Source: Octopus sinensis (Eukaryota). From it: DNA of 64,000 nucleotides. This document shows, piece after piece, positions 1 to 11,600 of this stretch. The notes below the pieces were generated by a model. It was not told where the DNA came from, did not search any database, and saw only the letters and a program-made list of their open reading frames with translations. The stretch is taken from the NCBI RefSeq assembly GCF_006345805.1, contig NC_043016.1:21390001-21454000 (forward strand). The letters are read 5' to 3'. The translations under genes and the position numbers were made by a program. Positions within the stretch are counted from its first letter, which is position 1. The number at the start of each line of letters is the position of its first letter.

Positions 1-260
1 TGGTTGTATAAATGCTGTTTAAAATTAATCGAACATCCAAAGTATATATAATTATTAGTTGAAGTTATTATAGTACATTTATATATTATGTTCTGGTTAA
101 GACATCGGCCTAATAACAGACAGCGGGATTTAATCCTACAATTGCAACTAGGTGAATTATTATTATTAATATTATTAAGATTTAAATTCTTATTATTAAT
201 ATTTACTCTATTAATATTTCTATTATACAATATAGCAGTATTGCTTAAAATATTTAATTA
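1..260 (-). mobile_element. Penelope-like element fragment: Cys-rich linker + GIY-YIG endonuclease start
   Basis: Minus frame reads SPSCNCRIKSRCLLLGRCLNQNIIYKCTII..YIYFGCSINFKQHLYN, matching the PLE pattern CNCR..C....C....IY..Y.G..FKxRxxNH. Confidence 0.7.
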
Positions 261-902
261 TAGTACTACATAAGATTTCCGCTGTTTCATTATGAATGGT
301 CGGCTGGTGGCCAGCTCCCTTAATTGTCAGCTAACATCTTGATTTAAGTTTTCTTTTACCAAATCCCATGATATTGCTTCAAATAAATCTTGATTTTTAT
401 GACTTTACCTGCTGTGATTTCTGTCAACTTCCTCAACCCTAACAGACCTGGCCTTAGATATACAAGAATTTGATAAAACTAGTTTATAAATTAAAACTGA
501 CCCCATATAAAAGTGACAAGCAAAATCTGTAACAAGTCTTTCTTCCTGATAACTTAGTAGCTTCTAAGTGGAAGGAAGGGCAACAATGTTCTTTGTCTAT
601 CTCCTTAATTTCATAGAGATTTTAGGCAAAATTATACTAATGTATCCACCTGTTTTAATTTAATTAAATTCTATGTCTTTGTGCAGCTGAGGATTTCTCT
701 GCATTTAAATTGATGTAATGGTTGCATTGTTCAATTGAATGGAGTTGCATGAAACTATTGTACTGCATTACCTCTGGATATCCTTGTTGCTTATTTTGAT
801 TTTAATCACCTTACTTTGAAATTGTATGGATAATACTGTACTAAAATCTGGTGCCTCAACTTAAGTACCATATTCATCTGAATCTAAATTTTGCTGAACT
901 CC

Positions 903-937
<35 letters not shown>

Positions 938-943
938 ATATAT
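903..943. repeat. (TA)n(TG)n microsatellite
   Basis: Direct inspection. Confidence 0.95.
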
Positions 944-944
944 A

Positions 945-1829
945 CTAGCAGTATCGCCCGGCGTTGCTCGGGTTTGTAAGGGAAATAACTATAAAGCATT
1001 TTTAGAGAGTTATAGCCAAAAAAATGCATTAAAAATGGGAAAAAAAATTATAGTAAATTTTTTTTAAATCGTTGACTCATCGTAGACATTTTTAGAGAGT
1101 TACTTCCCTTATATAATAGCAAAAAAATGCATTAAAATGGAAAAAATGATGTTAAATTATTTTTAAAATCGTAGACTCATCGTAGACGCGCGCTAATACC
1201 CAGAAGGGCTCGATATGAATCACGACTATAAGATACCCGGTTTTGGTTAAAATGTGGGAGTAGTTAGGAATCTAAATCGTAGGAGACAGACACACAACTT
1301 CACTTTTATATATAAAGATTTGTGCAACAACTAAAACATTCGGTTGTGCAAATTGTTTGCACAGGAAACCTGCCCTGTGTGGCGGTTTTTGCCGTTTTTG
1401 TGGATCTGTTTCAGCTTTTTTAGCGATTTCTGTTTTGGCGACTTCAAGCCATGAAGTCGTTCTAAAAGAACGCTGGTCTCCTTGACAACGCTTTACGATG
1501 TTGATTTCCTTACACTCCCTTCCCCACAGCTTCACGAGGGAGGGAAGAAGGGGGAGAAGCAACACGGGTGCAGGTGTGAGCATGGACGCCAACTCCGCCG
1601 CCATCGACACACAAAAAAATATGTGTTAAAATGGAAAAAAATTATGGTAAATTATTTTTAAAATCGTAGACTCATCGTAGACGCGCGCTAATACCCAGAC
1701 GGGCTCGATATGAATCACGACTATAAGATACCCGAATTTGGTTAAACTGCACTGCAAAATGTGGGAGTAGTTAGGAATCTAAATCGTAGGAGACAGACAC
1801 TCACACAACTTCACTTTTATATATATAGA
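945..1829 (-). mobile_element. Non-autonomous Helitron with two 5' ends (1829 and 1318) and one 3' end (945)
   Basis: Minus strand A|TC(T/A)..TATATAAAAG starts; 3' hairpin CCCGAGCAACGCCGGG then CTAG|T; segment ~1125-1318 duplicated at ~1620-1829. Confidence 0.8.
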
Positions 1830-2055
1830 TATATGTGTGTGTGTGTATGTATATATATATATGTGTGTGTATATATATGTATGTGTATATATACACACAC
1901 ACACATATATATGTATATAAATTAGAGAACACCATGAAGCAATTCAACAATGATATACTTAAATCATGCCATATAGAAAAAAATTAAAGATACAATAAAA
2001 CATTTACCTAAAACTAAATGAAGTACTAAATAATAAATAGTATATAATTAGTAAA

Positions 2056-2140
2056 TAGACGACATGTGTTTCATGGCTATATTTTCAAATTGATAACTAT
2101 AAAATCAATTCAGTTTAAATATAGTCACTCATCAAGTCTA
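2056..2140 (-). ncRNA. Type I hammerhead ribozyme-like fold (U3 variant), PLE-associated
   Basis: TAGAC-TTGATGA-GTGACTATATTT..AAATATAGCCAT-GAAA-CACAT-GTC-GTCTA: 5-bp stem I, long stem II, short stem III containing palindrome ACATGT, GUC site. Confidence 0.65.
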
Positions 2141-2144
2141 AAAT

Positions 2145-3100
2145 AAAAACAATAAAATAATTAAATGTACGTATATTATCTTATAAGAAAATATAAATAT
2201 ATATAAAAATATGTAATTTTGCAATAAAAAAAATCGAACAAAATTCAACAATATATCTTGAAATAAAAACATGACTTACCTTATTGAATAAATTCTGTTA
2301 ACTAAATCTTTAAACTTAATACGTAGGACTTAGTGTTTATAATAAATTTACCTCGTTAAAAACGTGGTGTAAATAAAACTAGAATAAATAGATATAAATA
2401 TTTATTTTATCTATGAAAATATATTTTAGCTCATTGAAGAAAATAACAAACTATAGTATATCATTACTGGAAAATTAAAGTACAAGTAATTAAAACAAAA
2501 TATTTAAAATACATAATATACATTAAGTGAAGCTAAATTACTATAATTTACTCTATATCCATTAAGTTATTTATGTATTTATTTAATAAACATCTAAGTT
2601 TAATCTTATTCTAATTATGTGATATATGCTAAAAAACTTCATGCTAACTTACATAATACTACTACAAACTATAACTACAAGAATTAAAACTAGAAAAATG
2701 GTTCAAATATATACACACAAATTAGTTAAACTTATATGATTAATTCAATTTATGTATAGATTTAATATTTCTCTCAAAGATTTAACCAAAGTTTCTATTA
2801 TTATTAAAAATATTTACTTAAATGCAATATTACATAACAAATAAAAAAAATGCTACCTATTCAATAAGATTTTGTCTTACAAAACTATTTCCCAAGTTAA
2901 ATTTCTTATAAATACTAAGTCCTATGTTTTTACGTTTAAAATACAGTTAATAGATATTCTTAGATAAGTCATGAATTTCTTTTTAAAACAATATTGTTGA
3001 ATTTTGTTTGATTTTTTTATTGTAAAAATATTGATTCCTATATTGTTATTTGTTAATTATAAGTAACAATATGTATATTTATTTACTTATTATTATTATT
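2145..3100. repeat. Very AT-rich imperfect inverted repeat (arms ~2145-2390 and ~2850-3100)
   Basis: For example ttgcaataaaaaaaatcgaacaaaattcaacaatat pairs with atattgttgaattttgtttgatttttttattgtaa, and taggacttagtgtttataa with ttataaatactaagtccta. Confidence 0.8.
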
Positions 3101-3107
3101 TTTACCT

Positions 3108-4850
3108 TATGAACTATAATCTGTGTAGCTGAGGGCATGTCTGCGAGGGCCATTATGAACAGTAGTGGTCCCAAAACAGTGCCTTGCGGAAAACTGCTCA
3201 CTATTTGTGTAATTGGGGGTGGCCCCATTGGCTAATACCACCTAACTTACAAGTGTACTAGGGGTGGAGTGGAAATACTTTTGAATTGCTCATTTAGTAT
3301 TTCACTTATCCTCATTGGGTTTCCTGTGAGTTAACCATCTTTTTTGAGGAGTGGCCCTATCCTGCACTGCACTGAAGCTGTTTCTTTGGCAAACTTGTAG
3401 AAAGATCTGGGGTTAGATTTTATATTGTCTATAGCCCAGGCTTCTTTGTCTGCTCTTTCTTTTTCATGGGAGAGTTGGAGATTTTTTTCAATCTCCAGAA
3501 GTTGTATTTTCAGGTGGGACTTTTTACTACTTTCAATTTGTTTAAGTGATTTGAAATTTTTGTATGCCATCTCAAGAATTTTCCTCTTCCTGGAGATTTT
3601 GTCCTTGTGTACAGTGGCCTTTCTCTCTGGGACACATTTGTAGCATATGGCTTGCATTAGAGACATGAATTGTTTAAGTTTCATGTCAACATCTGGTGAG
3701 GAGTGACATTTAGGCCAGTTTTGTTTGAGGATCTCTTTCTCAATTTGTTTCCAGTTTGCCTTATGGAAGTTCAAGCTGGAAAGATTCTGAGAGTTTCTTG
3801 TAGGCTGCATGTCCATGGTTTCTTTTGGTCCGTACATGGTCAGCTCTACCATGTTGTGATCCGAGAGTAGCGTCGGTGTCACTTTCACATTACGAATGAG
3901 ATCCATATTAGTTGTGAAGCAGAGATCCAGTATGTTCCCTCCCCTGGTTGGTTGGAGTACTATTTGTTCCATGTACAAAGTGTTGATGAGGTTCAGGAGG
4001 GACTTCACCTGTCCTTGTTCACATCGTGCCATTCCTGGGAGAGAAAGGCCCTCAGGCCATTTGACATTAGGCAGATTGAAGTCTTCCATAAGAAGTACAC
4101 TTAAGTGTTGTTCTAATGTAACTAGAACTTCTATATTTGTAAGACAGTCTTCAAACTTGCCTACATGATTCTGAGCATCTGGAGGGTGATATGTAGCACA
4201 TATAACTACATTGAGTTGTCTTATATGTAGAATTAGCATATCACATACTGAATTTGAGTGTGACAAAAGGACCTGGGGTGTGAGGATTTTGCGGACGTAC
4301 ATAACTCTACCACAACTCCTTTCTTTTCTGTTGGTCTGTAATACAACATATTGTATCTGTTGGTCTGTAATACAAAATATGTGTATTTTTGCATTTGCTA
4401 TATCTGGTTTCAGGTGTGTTTCCGTAAGAGCTATGCATAAGGCTTGATTGCATGCAGCAAGAACTCTCAGGAAAGGAATTTTTGTCCTATTACTAAGTGT
4501 TAACAGTCCTCTGATGTTCAGTAAGAGCACCGGTGTAATGCTTGTGTTGTAGCCAGTGGTGCCCCCCTTGGTTCTATTGCTGTTTTGGCCTTGTGTATGA
4601 ACGGCTTGTGAAAGCTATACAAGTAGAGGCATGCTGTCAGTTAGCCATGGATACAGTGATGAACTGAGTATGCCAAAGCGGATGGTAGAGCTTGGTGTAG
4701 TCTTTTGATATGCCAGCTGCTCTCAAGCTATCTAACCCACACCAGCATAGGAGGAGGATGTTAAATGATGATAACTGTCTTGCAATCTGGAACAATAAAT
4801 GCTTCTGATCCTCAGGCTTTAGAACTTTGGCAATCTTCTTCATTTCTTAT
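3108..4850 (-). mobile_element. CR1/L2-like LINE relic: APE endonuclease ORF (3331-4530) joined by deletion to an RT fragment (3108-3250)
   Basis: LNIRGL, ALTETHL, YHPP, EDFNLP, PTRGGNILDL, SDHN endonuclease motifs; downstream IVSSFPQGTVLGPLLF RT motif. Confidence 0.9.
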
Positions 4851-5627
4851 CCCCTAGCTAAAAATACCTATTGACTAGCTTCTCTTGTAGCTACTTAGTG
4901 TATTTCTCTGCTATGTCCACTCTTCCAAACCTGCAAAGCCTGTTTCTTCACTCTTATGATACAGTCTACTTCACTATTCCATAACCATGTCACATTAGTT
5001 CTGGTTGGGACTTTGCATCAGCCACAAATTTAGTCTGCAGCCCAAGTAAGCTTTTCCATAGGATATTCCAGTTGTCTTGTATGTTATATGTCTCCATCTC
5101 GTCAAATGCTTCGGCTAGTTCTCTTAAGTTCCTGACAGTTCACTGAATTTTGAAGCTTCTGTAACTATTTTTCCAGATTGGTGTCTCAAAGTCCTTTTAG
5201 CTCAAAATCAAAATATTAACTACTAACCTATGTTAGTCACTCATGAAGGATTTTACATTCACAAGCATTTATTTATCCTGTTTTCTGATGTGAATGTAAT
5301 CAATCTGGATTGTATGCCTACTTGACTGATAGGTGACTGGCTGGTTTCTTGAAGTTATAGTTACCAAACATCAGGTATTTGCAAGACAGAACTCCAACAG
5401 CCTTGTTTCACCATCATGTTGAAAACCAGAGCCATAGCCTCCATGGAATCTGTTGAGTTGTTGCCCATCTTGTCCATTGAAGTAATCTGGAAGGGGAGCA
5501 ACTTCATATCTTTCAATATATTTGAAGTAGACAGGTTAGATTTCTGTTCTGCTTTTCAAGTGTTCATTTAAAAATTTTATATTACAGTTAACTAATTTGT
5601 GTTTTATCTTTTACAGAAAATCTCCAG

Positions 5628-5667
5628 ATGTTTACAAAGCTAAGTGGCTTCGGGTTTGGTGATTCAT
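5628..5667 (+). CDS. NUP98: NUP98 coding exon 1 ([13 protein letters not shown]); exon probably starts 5617
   Basis: ttttacag acceptor at 5616 (second ccag directly before ATG), ATG 5628, donor T|gtgagt; phase 1 matches exon 2. Confidence 0.8.
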
Positions 5668-8600
5668 GTGAGTACTGTTTTTATATCACATTTCTTTTTT
5701 ATTTAACTGTTGGTAAGCAGTGAACAAGTTTAGATTTAAAGGGATTTTTGTAAGAGCAGTAGGCAATAGAAAAGCATAGAAAAGGGGACACTAAAAGATG
5801 ATGATAATGGGAACTGGATCACAAATTTGCTCATGTAGAGCTTGCTCAAATTATTAGAGATTGGAGATGATGTTTTTTAAAATTCACCCCAGGAAAAAAT
5901 TTGAAGGAGAGTAGCCAAATTATGGCTGAATTTTATAATGAATCGATTTCTCAGAGTTTAGTTATGAAAAGATATTGTTAGAACTGTTAAGGTGTTTTGA
6001 AGATAATTGTATTCATTTAGGAATAAGAAGGGCTAAAAAAAAGTTAGCTTGGTAAAACATGGAAGGAAGCATTATCAAATGACTTGAGCAACTAGGTGAT
6101 AAAGATACTTGGCTAAAGGTGAGGAAGAAAGGAAGAAATTTGCACATGTTCTGTAATGTGATAATCATAGGTGTGAAATGATCATGATTACTAGACAATG
6201 TGTGAGAGAAAACTGAGGCATCATTGGGAATGATAGTGAGAATGATGAAAGCACACTTGCCATCAAAAAATGCAGGGTTATTTGAAAACCATGCAGTTAG
6301 GAAAGTTTGGTGTCACTGTTTGGAAGAGATTTGTTCGTTTTCTATATACAAATATGGATCCATGAGTGAACACTAAGGTTGCGAGGATGCAACAAGATGA
6401 TCAACGAGCCAATTTTTCTTCAGTTCAAGTTTGAAAGAATATTCCAAATACTAATTTATTGTGGGCTTGACTGATCAAATTAGAATGAAATATTCAAGGA
6501 GGAGAGCAATGGAATGATGGAAATATCTCGTCTGAATCCTCAACTAGTTACATGTTAGAGCAGGGAGAGAAAACAAACCCATTTGGAAATTTGTGAAAAG
6601 CTAACTGTCCAGCTAATTGGTGGCTTCCATGCGTACAGAAAAATAAAAACCCTTGTAGGTGTTATGTAATTTGAAATAGATTTGTTTTTGCCTTATTTAC
6701 GCTGGCAGAAGTCATGGGATCTAACCACACTGATCTTCCTTGGCGAACATTCTAGAAGCTTCCAAGAAATTGGAGTCATGTCCCTTTTAGTGATCTCATT
6801 GAACCATGGAATGTTCTAGGAGGTTTTTTAGTTGCCAGTGGAAGCCAGCAGTCTTTGGGCTATATATTGAATAGCTGTGGAATTTTGATCTCTTTTCGAT
6901 CGCCGGACTTCATGCTAGACACTGCTGTGTGTTCAGAGCACATAAATTTTTTGCTACACATGGCTCAAGGAATCAAAAACACATTAGAGGAGCCACCAGG
7001 TACTTCACAACTATTTAAGCTACACATCAGGTGCACAACTTCCTTTTACAAGAGAAGTAAACCTAAGTGGCATACAAAATTCTCTTGTATATTTTAATTT
7101 ACTTTCTACAGATGGAATGTGACACGGCAAGATAGTATGTACACATTCTTCATTTATGTACTGCTTCAGCTGAAGCATCTTATTGGTGAATTTTTACCTG
7201 GTTCTGAATTGGTATTAAATTATTTGTGAAGTTCAAGAATGGCTCTTTCATTTATTCCAATCAAGAATGCATTTTACCTTTCGTAATATGAGGGTTTTTG
7301 TTTCTTAATTAACCTCCTGTTCCAGCAGTAACAAGGCCAAGTTACAGCCTTAACTCTTAGGTGAACCCGACTCAGAATACGCATTCATTTCACATTTTTC
7401 AACTTCAGGCATGTTTTCTTTATGGTTTAACACATGCTAACAACTTCTTATGGTGACCTTGCACATTTTCCTATACGAGAAATTTTTACCAAAATTTTTG
7501 GATTCTGGAGAACTCTTTACTGCCTGGATTACGACTCTGTACAATTATACCATGTGCTATTTTCCATCTCTTTCTGCTAACATGGCAACCATACATTCTT
7601 CTAACATTTTCGTTCTACTGGTTCAAGTTGGCATCATGTAATCTTCCTTCATTGCTTGAAACTTTCCTCAGGATCATTTATACGTATTTTTTACACTCGG
7701 GTACGATTTCACCTTTCACTTTCATCCTTGTCTTTGTCTCATGTTCTTGCTTGAAGATGCCATCCTGGTTATCCACTGCAGTTCATGGAGTTTTCTTCCC
7801 CATCACACTTTCTGGATTTTGGTATTGAGCAGCTTGTATTCCTTCTGCACGTGTGTTCCATATTTTCCCCTTCAGAAGATGAGTCATGCTGTGCTTCCCC
7901 ACTATTATGATGATGCACATATGTGTGGTTCATCCAACTCAAGTCCTACTTTATGGCAAACAACATTCAGTCGGCTCAACAACAACTACACATCGTGATT
8001 AGTGGTATCCCTTCTGCTCTTGCACTTAAAGTCAAAAACTTGTCACAGATACTTCACCTGATGCCTCCTACACTGGTGTTTTTCATTTGCCAGATCATTT
8101 TAAAATAGGAAATTGTTGATAGTATACAGGCAAAAGGCATGTGTACTTAGGTTACAAACAGTGCAAAGTTCCTTTGAGTGTCAGATCACAGAAGACTTTT
8201 TTTCTCTAAGTGTGCAAAATAAGTTAACATCATTTTTCAACTCAAACTTTTATTGGAAAGAAAAAAAAAACAAAAAAATAAACAGGGTTCACTGCATGTA
8301 CTTTATAAGTACATATACATTTAAAACATTTTAGAAGATATTCTATCAGGTTAGTAACTATGTTGTATGCATGCAAAGAAATCAACAATAACTTAGAAAA
8401 ATAAACTTGTTATTTAACTTTTAAGATAATTTTCATACAGCACCTGATTTTATGTTACAGCCATGATAATGCTCTGGTATACAGTTACACAGTGATGAGT
8501 GTAACAGTATCATCATAAACAGCTGCCAAAAGCAAGGACATGCCTAATTGAGAAGCATATTTAAGTGGAATCAAACTACAGGATCAGGTTATGAAGATCA

Positions 8601-11600
8601 TGGAGAGAATCATAGGACAGAGTAGACCTAGATGAAATGCAGTTCAACTTCAGTCTCAGAAGAGTTACCATAGATTCAATCTCCCTAGTAAGGCAACTGC
8701 AGAAAAAATATTTGGTTATGGAAAAATACTATTCTTGACCTCATTTGATTTGGAGAAGGTGTTCAACAGGTTTTAGTAATTTGGTGGTTGCTGAGAAAAC
8801 TACTTATAAATAAATGGCTTGTGAGGCTTGTACAAAGATGTAGTAAATAAAAAGAAAGTTGACAATATCAGTAATGAATTCAGTGTGAAGGTAGGAGTTC
8901 AGCATTCAGTCTTCAGTTCTGCTCCTGTTCCTCAAAGTTATGTAGGCCATCACAGGAGTTTAAGGCTTGTTTCCCATGGGAACTCATATGCAAATTACTC
9001 AACCACACATTATCTCTCCTTTGTCCTTCTTCTGTCTACTGTATCATGATTCTCCCTCTCTTCACCACCTGCTTGTTTTTCTGTGATTTTACACACAAAT
9101 AAAATTTATGAGACATTTCTTCGTAATTTAATGTCTAAAATCTGTTATTTCCTACCTATGGGTGTACAATATGATTAAAGGTGAAAACATATCTAGAATT
9201 ATAGTGATATTTCTTAGATAATTTTTATTACATTCATTTTTAGTTAATTTTCTCATGCACACATTAATATGGCAACATTACCGATATTTAACAAGCCAAA
9301 AAATTTTGCTTTTTATCAAATTGAATAATTAAATATGTTATTTTTCTTTCTTGCTTCTTTTTGACTGCAGCAAATTTTGGAAATACCACAGCTTTTGCCC
9401 AGAGTAAGTATTCAATATTTAGCAAATATATTTTATATACACTTTTAACATACCTCAATCATTGGACTATAGCCATGCGGAGACTCTGTCTTCAAAACTT
9501 TGTAGCGGATCATATTGATCTCAGTACTTATTTTAATTTTGCTATTCATCTTAGTGATTAAAAATGCATGCATGCTTCTGTGTCCACACACAGAAGCTTC
9601 CACAGTTTCTATTTAGCAATTTTATTCACAAAGCATTAATCATCTGAAGCTATAGTAGAAAATACTTGCACAAGATGCTGCACATTGGAACTGAACCCAA
9701 GAAGTGAACTTTTCAACTACATTGCTATGCCTTTATTATTTGATATGGTATATCTAGATGTTATAACATTATACCTATAAGCACTCAAAATCTAATATTT
9801 TATAATATTTTGAAAGAGTTTAATGTGTGTATTTGGAATATGATGATGTACAAGTAAGATATTTGTCCATGAAATATAACTAAAAATTGTGATCACAAAA
9901 GAAGGATTAGAAAAATTCTAGCTAAATTCCTATGTAATTTTTTTCTTCTTTTACCTTTGAAGCTGCTACACCTGACATAAAATATTAACCTTTTGTATAA
10001 TCATTAATATTGAACCAATAATAAAATTAGGCATCATAAAGTTTTGAAAATATTTAAATATTTCTACTGTCCTTTTTCCTGGAGAGTATCCAGAAAGAAA
10101 CATTTTGATACCTCATTTGTGAAATTTGGATAAATATTTTAGGAAATATTTGTATGGTCAGTGAAATGGTTGAAATTTTGCCTAATTTGTGTAAAAGCTA
10201 TATTTGCAATGTCATATCTTTGAAACAGTTATAATCAGTTTCAAATTATGTAATTTAATAGTGACCATAGTATAGTAGTTGCCTAATTTTTTTTTCAGGT
10301 TCTCAGAAAGCAAACTTTTTGTTTGGCAATATTTTAGATATTTATGTGAAGCCTATTTTGTTACATGTACCAAATGGTTGATTTTTGCAGAGTTTTCAGA
10401 CCTAGCTAAATCCTAAACTACAAGCCACAGAAACTTGAGTTTTGGCACTTTTGTGGTAGGTAGGGAGGTAAATGTCATGAAATTTTGGGACATGACAGCA
10501 TTTCCATAACATTTTTATTAGGCTATTAAAAATGGCTATAAATTGCAAAATTTTTAATGAAGATGCCCACATATGTTGGATTTTCTCCATTTTTATAGGG
10601 ATCTCCCCTCATTTTTGTTTCTTGTTACAGCCTTCGAAATGATGTTGAAGGGGTGACACACAGTTTGACCATGCAAAAACTCATTTTTTAGTACACCATT
10701 TTCATGACAAAATACCTATTTTCCTTGGAAAATTATCATTTGAAAGTTCTAGATGCAAACTTCATTCTCATATACTTTTAATCAAAATCTGACACTTACC
10801 TCTATAAGATGTCAGTGTTCCTCAAACATCCTGGTATTTTCACCGATTCACAGAGTTTATCCCTTTTGGGGGGGGGGGATTTTTAGATTTATTTGATACT
10901 AGCTGATGTACCCAGTAATTCCCGGAAAAGCGGGGCTTATCCCTTGGTTCCGTTCTCATAATTGTTTTGCTAATTCAATAACAACAATACAAAGTATGTA
11001 ACCCTTAAAACAGTTTTTGTGCATTTACAGAGAATACCGAACTGTCTTACACAAGATCTTGCTTTTAGGAATTCCCAATAAGTTATAAATACCCAAAATA
11101 TGAAGTCAGTTATGTAATAACATGAAATTAGTCACCCGATAGTAAGAATTCAAATAAAGTAGCCCCAAAAAGGGCTTTAATGTATTCCAAGAGTATATTT
11201 AACTTAGGAGGAAATACTAATAAGGTATGTATACTAAAATCGTGAAGCATGTTACGTAATAACAGGCTAATCAGATAGGAGATAATAACAATTCAAAGTA
11301 AATAACTCTGAAAATGGCTTTTGTGCATTCTCAGAAAATATTACCCCCAGGAGCGCTAGTGTTGGTATATTCGTGAATAAGTTACTAACTGAAATAAGTG
11401 GATCTATTGTTTAGGAAAATACTATTTACTTGTTTAAGGGTTGTACTGGATAAATTGCGAAAATAACTCTAACAGTTCAAATACTAAGAAATAAGCATAC
11501 TCAATTTGATGTATACCAAATGATTTAGGAAAATGAATGGGTTATTTCCTTTGGCTGTTAAAATATGTTAGTTATATATAAAGATCTCTTCCAGGGGCGA

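Noticed and set aside
1272-1610. 112-aa ORF as a host gene or promoter CpG island
   Set aside because: Lies inside the composite Helitron; no splice or domain support.
1-5600. NUP98 promoter or non-coding first exon
   Set aside because: The ATG exon has an acceptor, implying an upstream exon, but this interval is almost all TE-derived and no supportable first exon was found; it is probably upstream of the window.
6000-8100. Possible LINE or DNA transposon remnants in intron 1
   Set aside because: Composition suggests old TE DNA, but I could not read diagnostic motifs to assign a family.
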